DNA of 32,000 nt from Wigglesworthia glossinidia endosymbiont of Glossina brevipalpis (lineage in GTDB: Bacteria > Pseudomonadota > Gammaproteobacteria > Enterobacterales > Enterobacteriaceae), in NCBI GenBank assembly GCA_000008885.1, contig BA000021.3:1-32000 (forward strand). Reading direction: 5' to 3'. This document shows positions 24,633 to 32,000 of this stretch, piece by piece. Made by a program: the position numbers and the translations under genes. Position 1 is the stretch's first letter; each line of letters starts with the position of its first letter. The notes below the pieces were generated by a model. That model saw only the letters and a list, made by a program, of their open reading frames with translations. It made no database searches and was not told where the DNA came from.

Positions 24633-25418
24633 ATGCATAAACCAATAAAAAAATTAGGTCAAAATTTTTTAAAAGACAAAAAAATTATAAAAAAAATTAT
24701 AAATTTTATAAATCCTAAATACAAAGATAAAATTATAGAAATTGGGCCTGGGCTCGGAGCTTTGACTATCCCTATTTCTAAAATATCTAAAAGTATAACT
24801 GCCATTGAAATAGATAAAAATTTAGTTTATTTTTTGAATAAAAATAAAAATATAAAAAATAATTTAAATATAATAAATATTGATATTATGAAATTAAATT
24901 TAAAAAAATTTTTTTCTTCTTTTTGCGACCCTGTAAGGATATTTGGCAGTTTGCCTTATAATATATCAGTATCATTAATGTTTAATTTTATAGAAAATTA
25001 TAATAAAATAATTGATATGCATTTTGTGATCCAAAAGGAAGTTGCACAAAGAATATTAGCGAGACCAAATAATAAACATTATGGATATATTAGTGTTATA
25101 ATGCAATATTATTTTTATGTAGAAAAATTAATTGACATATCAAATTGCGCATTCAAACCTATACCAAAAGTACAATCATCTTTAATTAGAATGAGGCCCC
25201 ACAAAGTGTGTCCATTTCCTTTTTGTGACATAGATAAAATGAAAGTTTTATTAAAATCAGCTTTTAATCAAAGAAGAAAAATGTTGAAAAATAGTTTAAA
25301 AAAATATTTTAGCGTCGAACAAATTATTTTATATAAAATTAATCCAAAATTAAGAGCAGAAAATTTAAGTATTGAAAATTATTGTAATTTATCTAATAAT
25401 ATGATCATAAAAAAATAA
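24633..25418 (+). CDS. rsmA: 16S rRNA (adenine1518-N6/adenine1519-N6)-dimethyltransferase
   Basis: 261 aa; KKLGQNFLKD; IIEIGPGLGALT; IEIDKNL; FGSLPYNIS (motif IV variant); FNQRRKMLKNSLK. Confidence 0.95.
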   Translation: MHKPIKKLGQNFLKDKKIIKKIINFINPKYKDKIIEIGPGLGALTIPISKISKSITAIEIDKNLVYFLNKNKNIKNNLNIINIDIMKLNLKKFFSSFCDPVRIFGSLPYNISVSLMFNFIENYNKIIDMHFVIQKEVAQRILARPNNKHYGYISVIMQYYFYVEKLIDISNCAFKPIPKVQSSLIRMRPHKVCPFPFCDIDKMKVLLKSAFNQRRKMLKNSLKKYFSVEQIILYKINPKLRAENLSIENYCNLSNNMIIKK

Positions 25419-25460
25419 TATTTAAGTTTATTTTTAAAATAAAAATGGAATTATAATAAA

Positions 25461-26279
25461 ATGTCTCATTATTTAATTGGAGATATTCATGGATGTTATT
25501 CTGAATTTAAATCTATGTTAGATTTAATTAATTTTAACCTTAAAAACGATATTATATGGATTGCTGGAGATTTTATTGGTCGTGGGCCAGACTCTTTAAA
25601 AGTTTTAAGATTAATATACAAACTTAAAAGAAATATATTTGTTGTATTAGGTAATCATGAAATAAATTTGCTTTTATTATATGCAAAAATAAAAAAAATA
25701 AAAGAAGAAGATAAATTAACAGAAATTTTAAATGCACCAGATTTAAAAATTTTAATTTCCTGGCTAAGAAAACAGCCACTATTAAAAATAGATAAACAAA
25801 AAAAAATAATCATGATTCATGCAGGCATTATTCCAAAATGGGATATGTCCGATTTAATTACAAATTCAAAAAAAGTTGAATGTGAACTAAAAAGCAAAAA
25901 CTATAAAAAATTTTTAAAGTTTATGTACATAAAAAACAATGAACATAAAAACATCTGGAAAAATAATTTGCCAGAAATTATTAAAATGAGATTAACATTA
26001 AATATTATAACTCGTATTCGTTACTGTATATCTGAAACAGAAATAGACCTATTACATAAAGAACATCCAGAAAAATCTCCAAATCATTTAATACCATGGT
26101 TTAAATTTAAAAATAATATTACAAAAAATTATAGTATAGTTTTTGGACATTGGTCTTCTATTAAAGATTACAAGACCCCAAAAAATATATATGGATTAGA
26201 TACAGGATGTTGTTGGAAAGGAGAATTAACAGCATTAAAATGGGATAATAAATTATTTTTTAAAATAAAATCTAAATAA
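25461..26279 (+). CDS. apaH: Bis(5'-nucleosyl)-tetraphosphatase, symmetrical
   Basis: 272 aa; YLIGDIHGCYSE; AGDFIGRGPDSLKVLR; LGNHEINLL; HAGIIPKWD; FGHWSS; GLDTGCCWKGELTALKW. Confidence 0.96.
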   Translation: MSHYLIGDIHGCYSEFKSMLDLINFNLKNDIIWIAGDFIGRGPDSLKVLRLIYKLKRNIFVVLGNHEINLLLLYAKIKKIKEEDKLTEILNAPDLKILISWLRKQPLLKIDKQKKIIMIHAGIIPKWDMSDLITNSKKVECELKSKNYKKFLKFMYIKNNEHKNIWKNNLPEIIKMRLTLNIITRIRYCISETEIDLLHKEHPEKSPNHLIPWFKFKNNITKNYSIVFGHWSSIKDYKTPKNIYGLDTGCCWKGELTALKWDNKLFFKIKSK

Positions 26280-26293
26280 AAAAATACAAACAT

Positions 26294-26330
26294 AAAAATA
26301 TTTAATTTTTAAAAAAAATTAATATTTTTT
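26294..26330. terminator. Candidate A/T-only hairpin between the convergent apaH and folA genes
   Basis: AAAAATATTTAATTTTT at 26294-26310 can pair with AAAAAAAATTAATATTTTTT at 26311-26330 with one bulged T; convergent intergenic position. A/T-only composition makes chance occurrence plausible. Confidence 0.25.
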
Positions 26331-26818
26331 TAAATTTTATTAAAAATTCTAAAATACATACTATATTTATTTTTTGTATCACTATTAAAATATTTCTCAA
26401 ATGATAGAATCCATTTTTTTCTGTTATATCTTGGAAAAAATATATTTCCATTAATTTCTGCATTAATAACAGTCAAGTAAAGTTTTGTTGCTTTAGGCAA
26501 AAATATTTTATAAATTTGTTTTCCTCCAATAATCATTACTTCGTTGTAATTTTTAGCAAAAAATAATGCTTGTTTTGGATTTTTAGCTATTTTTAAATTT
26601 GACATTACATTTCTATATAAGTTTTTGCTTAATACTATATTAATGCGATTCTCTAATGGTTTTTTTATAGATTCAAAAGTTTTTCTTCCCATAATAACTG
26701 GTTTATTTATAGTATTTTTTTTAAACCATGATATATCTTCCGGTAAATTCCATGGAATATATTGATCATGTCCTATTACTTTATTTTTAGATTGAGCCCA
26801 AATTAAACTTATATCCAT
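26330..26818 (-). CDS. folA: Dihydrofolate reductase
   Basis: 162 aa; ISLIWAQSKNKVIGHDQYIPWNLPEDISWFKKNTINKPVIMGRKTFESI; VMIIGGKQIYKIFL. Confidence 0.97.
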   Translation of the reverse strand: MDISLIWAQSKNKVIGHDQYIPWNLPEDISWFKKNTINKPVIMGRKTFESIKKPLENRINIVLSKNLYRNVMSNLKIAKNPKQALFFAKNYNEVMIIGGKQIYKIFLPKATKLYLTVINAEINGNIFFPRYNRKKWILSFEKYFNSDTKNKYSMYFRIFNKI

Positions 26819-26827
26819 ATTATTTTA

Positions 26828-29800
26828 TCAAATAATTTTATTTTTTAATAAATTAATTTTATTATGAAATTCTTGCAAAGATAATATTTCTTTAGTTGGA
26901 TCCATGCTTAAAGCTTTTATTATAAAAAAATCTTCATAAGATTTTCTATCAAAGTATATTTTTTGGTTTAAAGAAAAAGACCAAAAAGATTTCTTTTTTT
27001 CATTAAATTCATTTTCATTATAAAAATAAACTATATAGTCATATTTTTCATGCATAATATGTTTTTTTATATTTATATTTTTATCATATATTTTATTAAT
27101 GTCAGAAAATAGCAATCCATTATTTATTAAAATTTTAGCTAAATCAACTGTGGTATCAATTTTAAAATTATTTTTTAACAAAAATTTAATTATTGTTAAA
27201 AAATTTTTTTTATATCTGCTAGAAAATAATAAAAATGCTTTTTTTTTAGAAAATATTTTGTTTATATTCAATTTGCTGCCTAATATTGCTTTAGATAAAG
27301 CTGTATATATACATTTACTTATTCCCATAACTTCTCCAGTAGAATACATTTCTGGCCCTAATACTCCTTTGCATTTTGGAAATTTATTAAATGGAAAAGT
27401 TGATTCTTTAACTGAAAAATAAGGAGGATATTTTTCTTGAACAATTTTTTGATGCAACAAGGATTTTCCTATCATAGATAAAATAGCTATCTTTGTAAAA
27501 GATATTCCAGTAGCTTTAGATATAAAAGGAATACTTCTAGAAGCTCTAGGATTAACTTCAATTAAATAAATCATTCTATTTTTAATTGCAAATTGTATGT
27601 TTAAAAATCCTTTTATTTTAAAAGCATGAGAAATTTTCTTTGTTTGTTCCTTAATAGAGCTTTGAATTTCTTTAGATAAAGAAAACGGTGGAAATACAGA
27701 AGTGGAATCACCTGAGTGAATTCCTGCAAGCTCAATGTGCTCAATAATTCCACAAATTAATAAATTTTTTCCGTCAAAAATTGCATCAACATCTACTTCA
27801 ATGGCATTTGTTAAAAATTCATCTAATAATATTGGGAAATTTATTGAAATATTTTTTTTATTTTTAAAATAAAGCATTAAATCTTTTTTATTATATATTA
27901 TTTTCATATATCTACCTCCTAAAATATAGGAGGGTCTAATTATAATTGGATAACCTATCATTTCTGCTTGTTTTATTACAGAATTAATATTTTTTGAAAC
28001 AAAACTTTTAGGTTGATTTAATCCGATATTATTTATTATTTTTTTAAATTTTTCTCTATTTTCTGCTAAATTAATATATTTATATTGAGTACCAATAATT
28101 GGAATTTTAAATGAATTTAATTCATTAGATAATTTTAATGGAGTTTGTCCTCCAAATTGGAGGATTACTCCAATAGGGTTTTCTATTCTTACTATTTCTA
28201 GTACATCTTCTATTGTAATAGGTTCAAAGTATAAACGATCTGATATGTTGTAATCTGTTGATACTGTTTCCGGATTACAATTAATAATTATTGCTTCGTA
28301 TTTACTATGTTTTAAAGTAGTTATAGCTTGAACGCAACAGTAATCAAATTCAATTCCTTGTCCAATACGATTTGGACCACTTCCAAGTATTATAATTTTT
28401 TTATTTTTTTTATTTGGATTTGATTCACATTCGTCTGAATAAGTTGAATACATATAAGAAGTGTTTGTGGAAAATTCTCCTGAGCATGTATCAATTCTTT
28501 TATATACCGGGTGTATATTATAATATTGTCTTAATTCTATTAATTTTTTATAACTAACATTTAATAAATTTGCTATCCTTATATCGGAAAATCCTTTTTG
28601 TTTTAAAAAAAATAAAAATTCTTTGTTTAATTTATTAATTCCTTTTTTTATAACTTTATATTCTAACTTTACGATTTCATAAATTTGATAAAGAAACCAA
28701 CAATCTATTTTTGTAATATATGATATTCTTTCAATAGATATTCCAATTCTGAACGCATCCGCTATATACCATAATCTATTTGAATCTGATTTCATCAACT
28801 TTTTGTAAATTATTTTTTTTACATTTTTATCGCTCAAATTAACAATTGAATCAAATCCATAAATATTAATTTCTAAACTTCTAATTGCTTTTTGTAAAGA
28901 TTCTTGTTGATTTCTTCCTATAGCCATCACTTCGCCTATAGATTTCATTTGAGTTGTTAATGTATTATCTGATTCAACAAATTTTTCAAAATTAAATCTT
29001 GGTATTTTAGTAACCACATAATCCATAACTGGTTCAAAAGAAATTGGTATTTGATTGTTTGTAACTTTATTCATTAATTCATCAAGATTATATCCTATAG
29101 ATAATTTAGCGGAAATTTCAGCTATAGGAAACCCTGTGGCTTTAGAAGCTAAAGCAGAAGATCTAGAAACTCTTGGGTTCATTTCTATTATTATCATTTT
29201 TCTAGATTTTGGATGTATTGCAAATTGAACATTAGCCCCCCCAGAATTTACTCCAATTTCTTTCATTATAGATATTGCTGCATTTCTCATTATTTGATAT
29301 TCTTTGTCGCTTAGTGTTTGTATTGGAGATACTGAAATAGAATCACCAGTATGAACTCCTATAGGATCAATATTTTCTATAGAACATACAATTATACAAT
29401 TGTCTTTTTTATCTCTAATAATTTCTAGTTCGTATTCTTTCCACCCTAATAAAAATTCATCAATAGAGAATTTTATCTTTTCATAATAATTTTTTTTGAT
29501 TTTAGAAAAAAAATATATTAAATCTTTTTTATTATACAATATTCCACTGTTGGATCCTCCCATTTCAAATGAAGATCTTATAATGCATGGAAATCCTATT
29601 TTACTTGTTAACTTTATAGCTTCTTCTGTAGATTCAACAACTCCAGATTTAGCAGTTTTAAGACCAATATTATTCATTGATTTTACAAACAAATATCTAT
29701 TTTCAGCTTTTTTGATAGATTCTGAGTTAACACCTATCATTTCTACATTAAATTTTTTTAAAATTCCTAATTCATCTAATTTTAAAGCACAATTTAAAGC

Positions 29801-30082
29801 AATTTGTCCTCCTAAAGTAGGTAAAATTGCGCTTGGTTTTTCTTTTTTTATAATTTTTTCTATTATTTTTATATTTATAGGTTCAATATAAGTTGAATCT
29901 GCTATATCTGGATCAGTCATAATAGTAGAAGGATTAGAATTTATTAATATTATTTTATAACCTTCTTCTTTTAAAGCTTTGCATGCTTGAGTTCCAGAAT
30001 AATCAAATTCACAAGCTTGTCCTATCACAATTGGACCTGATCCTATTATTAAAATGCTTTTTATATCTTTTCTTTTTGGCAT
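26828..30082 (-). CDS. carB: Carbamoyl-phosphate synthase large subunit
   Basis: 1084 aa; IKSILIIGSGPIVIGQACEFDYSGTQACKALKEEGY; duplicated ATP-grasp halves; second half starts KKIIILGSGPNRIGQGIEFDYCCVQA. Confidence 0.98.
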   Translation of the reverse strand: MPKRKDIKSILIIGSGPIVIGQACEFDYSGTQACKALKEEGYKIILINSNPSTIMTDPDIADSTYIEPINIKIIEKIIKKEKPSAILPTLGGQIALNCALKLDELGILKKFNVEMIGVNSESIKKAENRYLFVKSMNNIGLKTAKSGVVESTEEAIKLTSKIGFPCIIRSSFEMGGSNSGILYNKKDLIYFFSKIKKNYYEKIKFSIDEFLLGWKEYELEIIRDKKDNCIIVCSIENIDPIGVHTGDSISVSPIQTLSDKEYQIMRNAAISIMKEIGVNSGGANVQFAIHPKSRKMIIIEMNPRVSRSSALASKATGFPIAEISAKLSIGYNLDELMNKVTNNQIPISFEPVMDYVVTKIPRFNFEKFVESDNTLTTQMKSIGEVMAIGRNQQESLQKAIRSLEINIYGFDSIVNLSDKNVKKIIYKKLMKSDSNRLWYIADAFRIGISIERISYITKIDCWFLYQIYEIVKLEYKVIKKGINKLNKEFLFFLKQKGFSDIRIANLLNVSYKKLIELRQYYNIHPVYKRIDTCSGEFSTNTSYMYSTYSDECESNPNKKNKKIIILGSGPNRIGQGIEFDYCCVQAITTLKHSKYEAIIINCNPETVSTDYNISDRLYFEPITIEDVLEIVRIENPIGVILQFGGQTPLKLSNELNSFKIPIIGTQYKYINLAENREKFKKIINNIGLNQPKSFVSKNINSVIKQAEMIGYPIIIRPSYILGGRYMKIIYNKKDLMLYFKNKKNISINFPILLDEFLTNAIEVDVDAIFDGKNLLICGIIEHIELAGIHSGDSTSVFPPFSLSKEIQSSIKEQTKKISHAFKIKGFLNIQFAIKNRMIYLIEVNPRASRSIPFISKATGISFTKIAILSMIGKSLLHQKIVQEKYPPYFSVKESTFPFNKFPKCKGVLGPEMYSTGEVMGISKCIYTALSKAILGSKLNINKIFSKKKAFLLFSSRYKKNFLTIIKFLLKNNFKIDTTVDLAKILINNGLLFSDINKIYDKNINIKKHIMHEKYDYIVYFYNENEFNEKKKSFWSFSLNQKIYFDRKSYEDFFIIKALSMDPTKEILSLQEFHNKINLLKNKII

Positions 30083-30091
30083 TTTAATTTC

Positions 30092-31222
30092 CTATTTTTT
30101 ATTTAAACGATAATCTTTGACAAGATTAATAAAATTTTTGAATAAAAACAATGCATCTTTAGGACCAGGAGAAGATTCTGGATGTCCTTGAAAACTAAAA
30201 ACTGGTTTATTTATTAGTTTAATCCCCTGTAAAGTTTGATCAAACATAGAAATATGAGTAATTATTATATTTTTTGATAATGTAGATTTATCAATTGCGA
30301 AATCATGATTTTGAGAAGTTATTATTATTTTGTTTGTTTCCAAGTCTTTTACTGGATGATTAGATCCATGATGACCAAATTTCATCTTTAATATTTTTGC
30401 TCCATTAGCTATAGCTAATAATTGATGGCCAAGGCATATTCCAAAAATTGGAATTTTTGTTTCAAGTAAACATTGAATGTTACGAATAGCATATTTATAG
30501 ATTTCTGGATTACCTGGTCCATTAGACAATAAAATTCCGTCTGGATTTAATGATATAACATATTTTGATTTAGTAGTTGCAGGTACAAGTGTAATACGAC
30601 ATCCTAGATTTATTAAATTTTTTATAATGCTAAATTTTATTCCAAAATCATACGCTACAATATTATAAAAAAAATTTTTTTCAATATATTTTTTTTTGTA
30701 TATAATTTTTCTTTTTGTGGTAACTAGTTTTACTAGGTCTAAATTTTTTTTTTCTAAAAAAATTTTTATTTTACTTTTAATTTCTTTAAAATTTATATTT
30801 GTTCCTTCTGAGGAAACATATCCATATTGTGTTCCAGATTTTCTGATTAATCTAGTTAATTTTCTTGTATCTATTCCGCTAATTCCTATTATATTGTTTA
30901 ATAAAAGAAATCTTGAAAAAGATAGTTTATTTCTAAAATCGCTAATTATATTATGAGTTTGATATAAAATAACTGCTTTTACTTGGATTTTTGAAGATTC
31001 ATTATTATTTATTTCAATTCCTATATTTCCTATATGAGGATAAGTAAATGCTACTATTTGATTGAAATATGAAGGATCTGTAATTATTTCTTGATAACCT
31101 GTTATTGAGGTGTTAAAAATAACTTCTCCTATGCTAGTTCCTTTAGCCCCTATGCTATTTCCATAAAATTTTGTTCCATCTTCTAAAATTAATAAAGCTT
31201 TATTTAACAAAATATTCTCCAT
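30092..31222 (-). CDS. carA: Carbamoyl-phosphate synthase small subunit
   Basis: 376 aa; glutaminase motifs PIFGICLGHQLLAIA and FQGHPESSPGPKD; immediately upstream of carB. Confidence 0.98.
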   Translation of the reverse strand: MENILLNKALLILEDGTKFYGNSIGAKGTSIGEVIFNTSITGYQEIITDPSYFNQIVAFTYPHIGNIGIEINNNESSKIQVKAVILYQTHNIISDFRNKLSFSRFLLLNNIIGISGIDTRKLTRLIRKSGTQYGYVSSEGTNINFKEIKSKIKIFLEKKNLDLVKLVTTKRKIIYKKKYIEKNFFYNIVAYDFGIKFSIIKNLINLGCRITLVPATTKSKYVISLNPDGILLSNGPGNPEIYKYAIRNIQCLLETKIPIFGICLGHQLLAIANGAKILKMKFGHHGSNHPVKDLETNKIIITSQNHDFAIDKSTLSKNIIITHISMFDQTLQGIKLINKPVFSFQGHPESSPGPKDALFLFKNFINLVKDYRLNKK

Positions 31223-31232
31223 AATTTTATTA

Positions 31233-32000
31233 TTAATTGCTTTTAAAATTTTTCGCTTGTTTATTTAAAATATGAGACATATTAAACAAACCAGTTTTTT
31301 TATTAGATAACCAAATTGCAGCTTTTATTGCTCCTAAAGCAAATATTTTTCTATTATATGCTTGATGTGTAATTTCTATTTTTTCTCCTAAAAAAGAAAA
31401 AATTATTTTATGTTCTCCTATAATATTCCCTGATCTAATTGAAGATATTTTAATATTTTTTTTTATTTTTAAATTTTTTAAAATGTTTTTTTTAATTAAT
31501 ATAGAAGTTGCAGATGGAATATCAGACTTTTCTTTATGATGACATTCTATGATGTCTATATCAATATTTTTAATATTTCCAATACTAGATATATTTTTTA
31601 ATAATCTGAAAATAATGTTTGCTCCAAAACTGAAATTTTCAGAATAAAATATTGCAATTTTTTTTGACATATGTTTAATTAATTTGTTTTGCATTGCATT
31701 AAATCCAGTAGTTCCGATTACCATTTTTTTTTTGTTTTTATAACAAAAATTTAAATATTCTAAGCTAGACTTGACTGATGTAAAATCAATTAATACATCA
31801 AACTTATCTGATATATCTTTAATATTATCATTTGTAAACACGCCAATAGGAAAAATATTAGCTAATTTTCCTATATCATAATTTTTAAAAGAAGACTTAT
31901 GTCTTACCAGGGAAGAAGTATGAATAATTTTTGAAATATTTATAGCTGTTCTGGTTATTTGTTTTCCCATTTTACCATTTGCCCCGGTTGTTGCTATTCT
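31233..32000 (-). CDS. dapB: 4-hydroxy-tetrahydrodipicolinate reductase, 5' end truncated by the window edge
   Basis: The ORF track starts at an internal Met, but the frame stays open to 32000 and adds RIATTGANGK, giving the Rossmann motif RIATTGANGKMGKQI; FDVLIDFTSVKSSLEYL; ECHHKEKSDIPSATS; upstream of carA as in E. coli. Confidence 0.93.
   Translation of the reverse strand, partial: RIATTGANGKMGKQITRTAINISKIIHTSSLVRHKSSFKNYDIGKLANIFPIGVFTNDNIKDISDKFDVLIDFTSVKSSLEYLNFCYKNKKKMVIGTTGFNAMQNKLIKHMSKKIAIFYSENFSFGANIIFRLLKNISSIGNIKNIDIDIIECHHKEKSDIPSATSILIKKNILKNLKIKKNIKISSIRSGNIIGEHKIIFSFLGEKIEITHQAYNRKIFALGAIKAAIWLSNKKTGLFNMSHILNKQAKNFKSN

Noticed and set aside
25461-26279. ApaH GNHE instead of the E. 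coli GNHD motif
   Set aside because: GNHE is a normal variant in the PPP metallophosphatase superfamily, so it is not evidence of altered function.
26828-30082. Internal homology in carB considered as a gene duplication
   Set aside because: The two related halves are the normal duplicated ATP-grasp architecture of carbamoyl-phosphate synthase large subunit.
31233-31970. dapB considered as N-terminally truncated pseudogene because the track ORF begins mid-motif
   Set aside because: The reading frame continues open to the window edge and supplies the missing Rossmann residues (RIATTGANGK), so the truncation is only due to the window.

Overview
The window looks like an ordinary, very AT-rich, gene-dense chromosomal segment of a reduced-genome gammaproteobacterial insect endosymbiont. 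Gene content and order suggest the Enterobacterales type (Blochmannia/Westeberhardia-like), but this is inference because no database search was possible. Two ancestral blocks are joined. Block 1 is the oriC-proximal block: mnmG, atpBEFHAGDC, glmU, glmS, <mnmE, <yidC, <yidD (apparently damaged), <rnpA, <rpmH, dnaN, gyrB. Block 2 is the E. coli 1-minute block: lptD, surA, pdxA, rsmA, apaH, <folA, <carB, <carA, <dapB (5' end runs off the window). dnaA, recF, rsmG, atpI and apaG are absent from their usual places. I saw no mobile elements, CRISPR arrays, rRNAs, tRNAs or defence-like loci, and no convincing novel system. The best second-look items are: yidD with an in-frame TAA or a non-ATG start; the absence of dnaA and of recognisable DnaA boxes; RsmA motif NLPY changed to SLPY; a changed cysteine layout in LptD; a diverged first parvulin domain in SurA; the block junction with a perfect 24-nt palindrome; and loss of the dapB-carA regulatory spacer.
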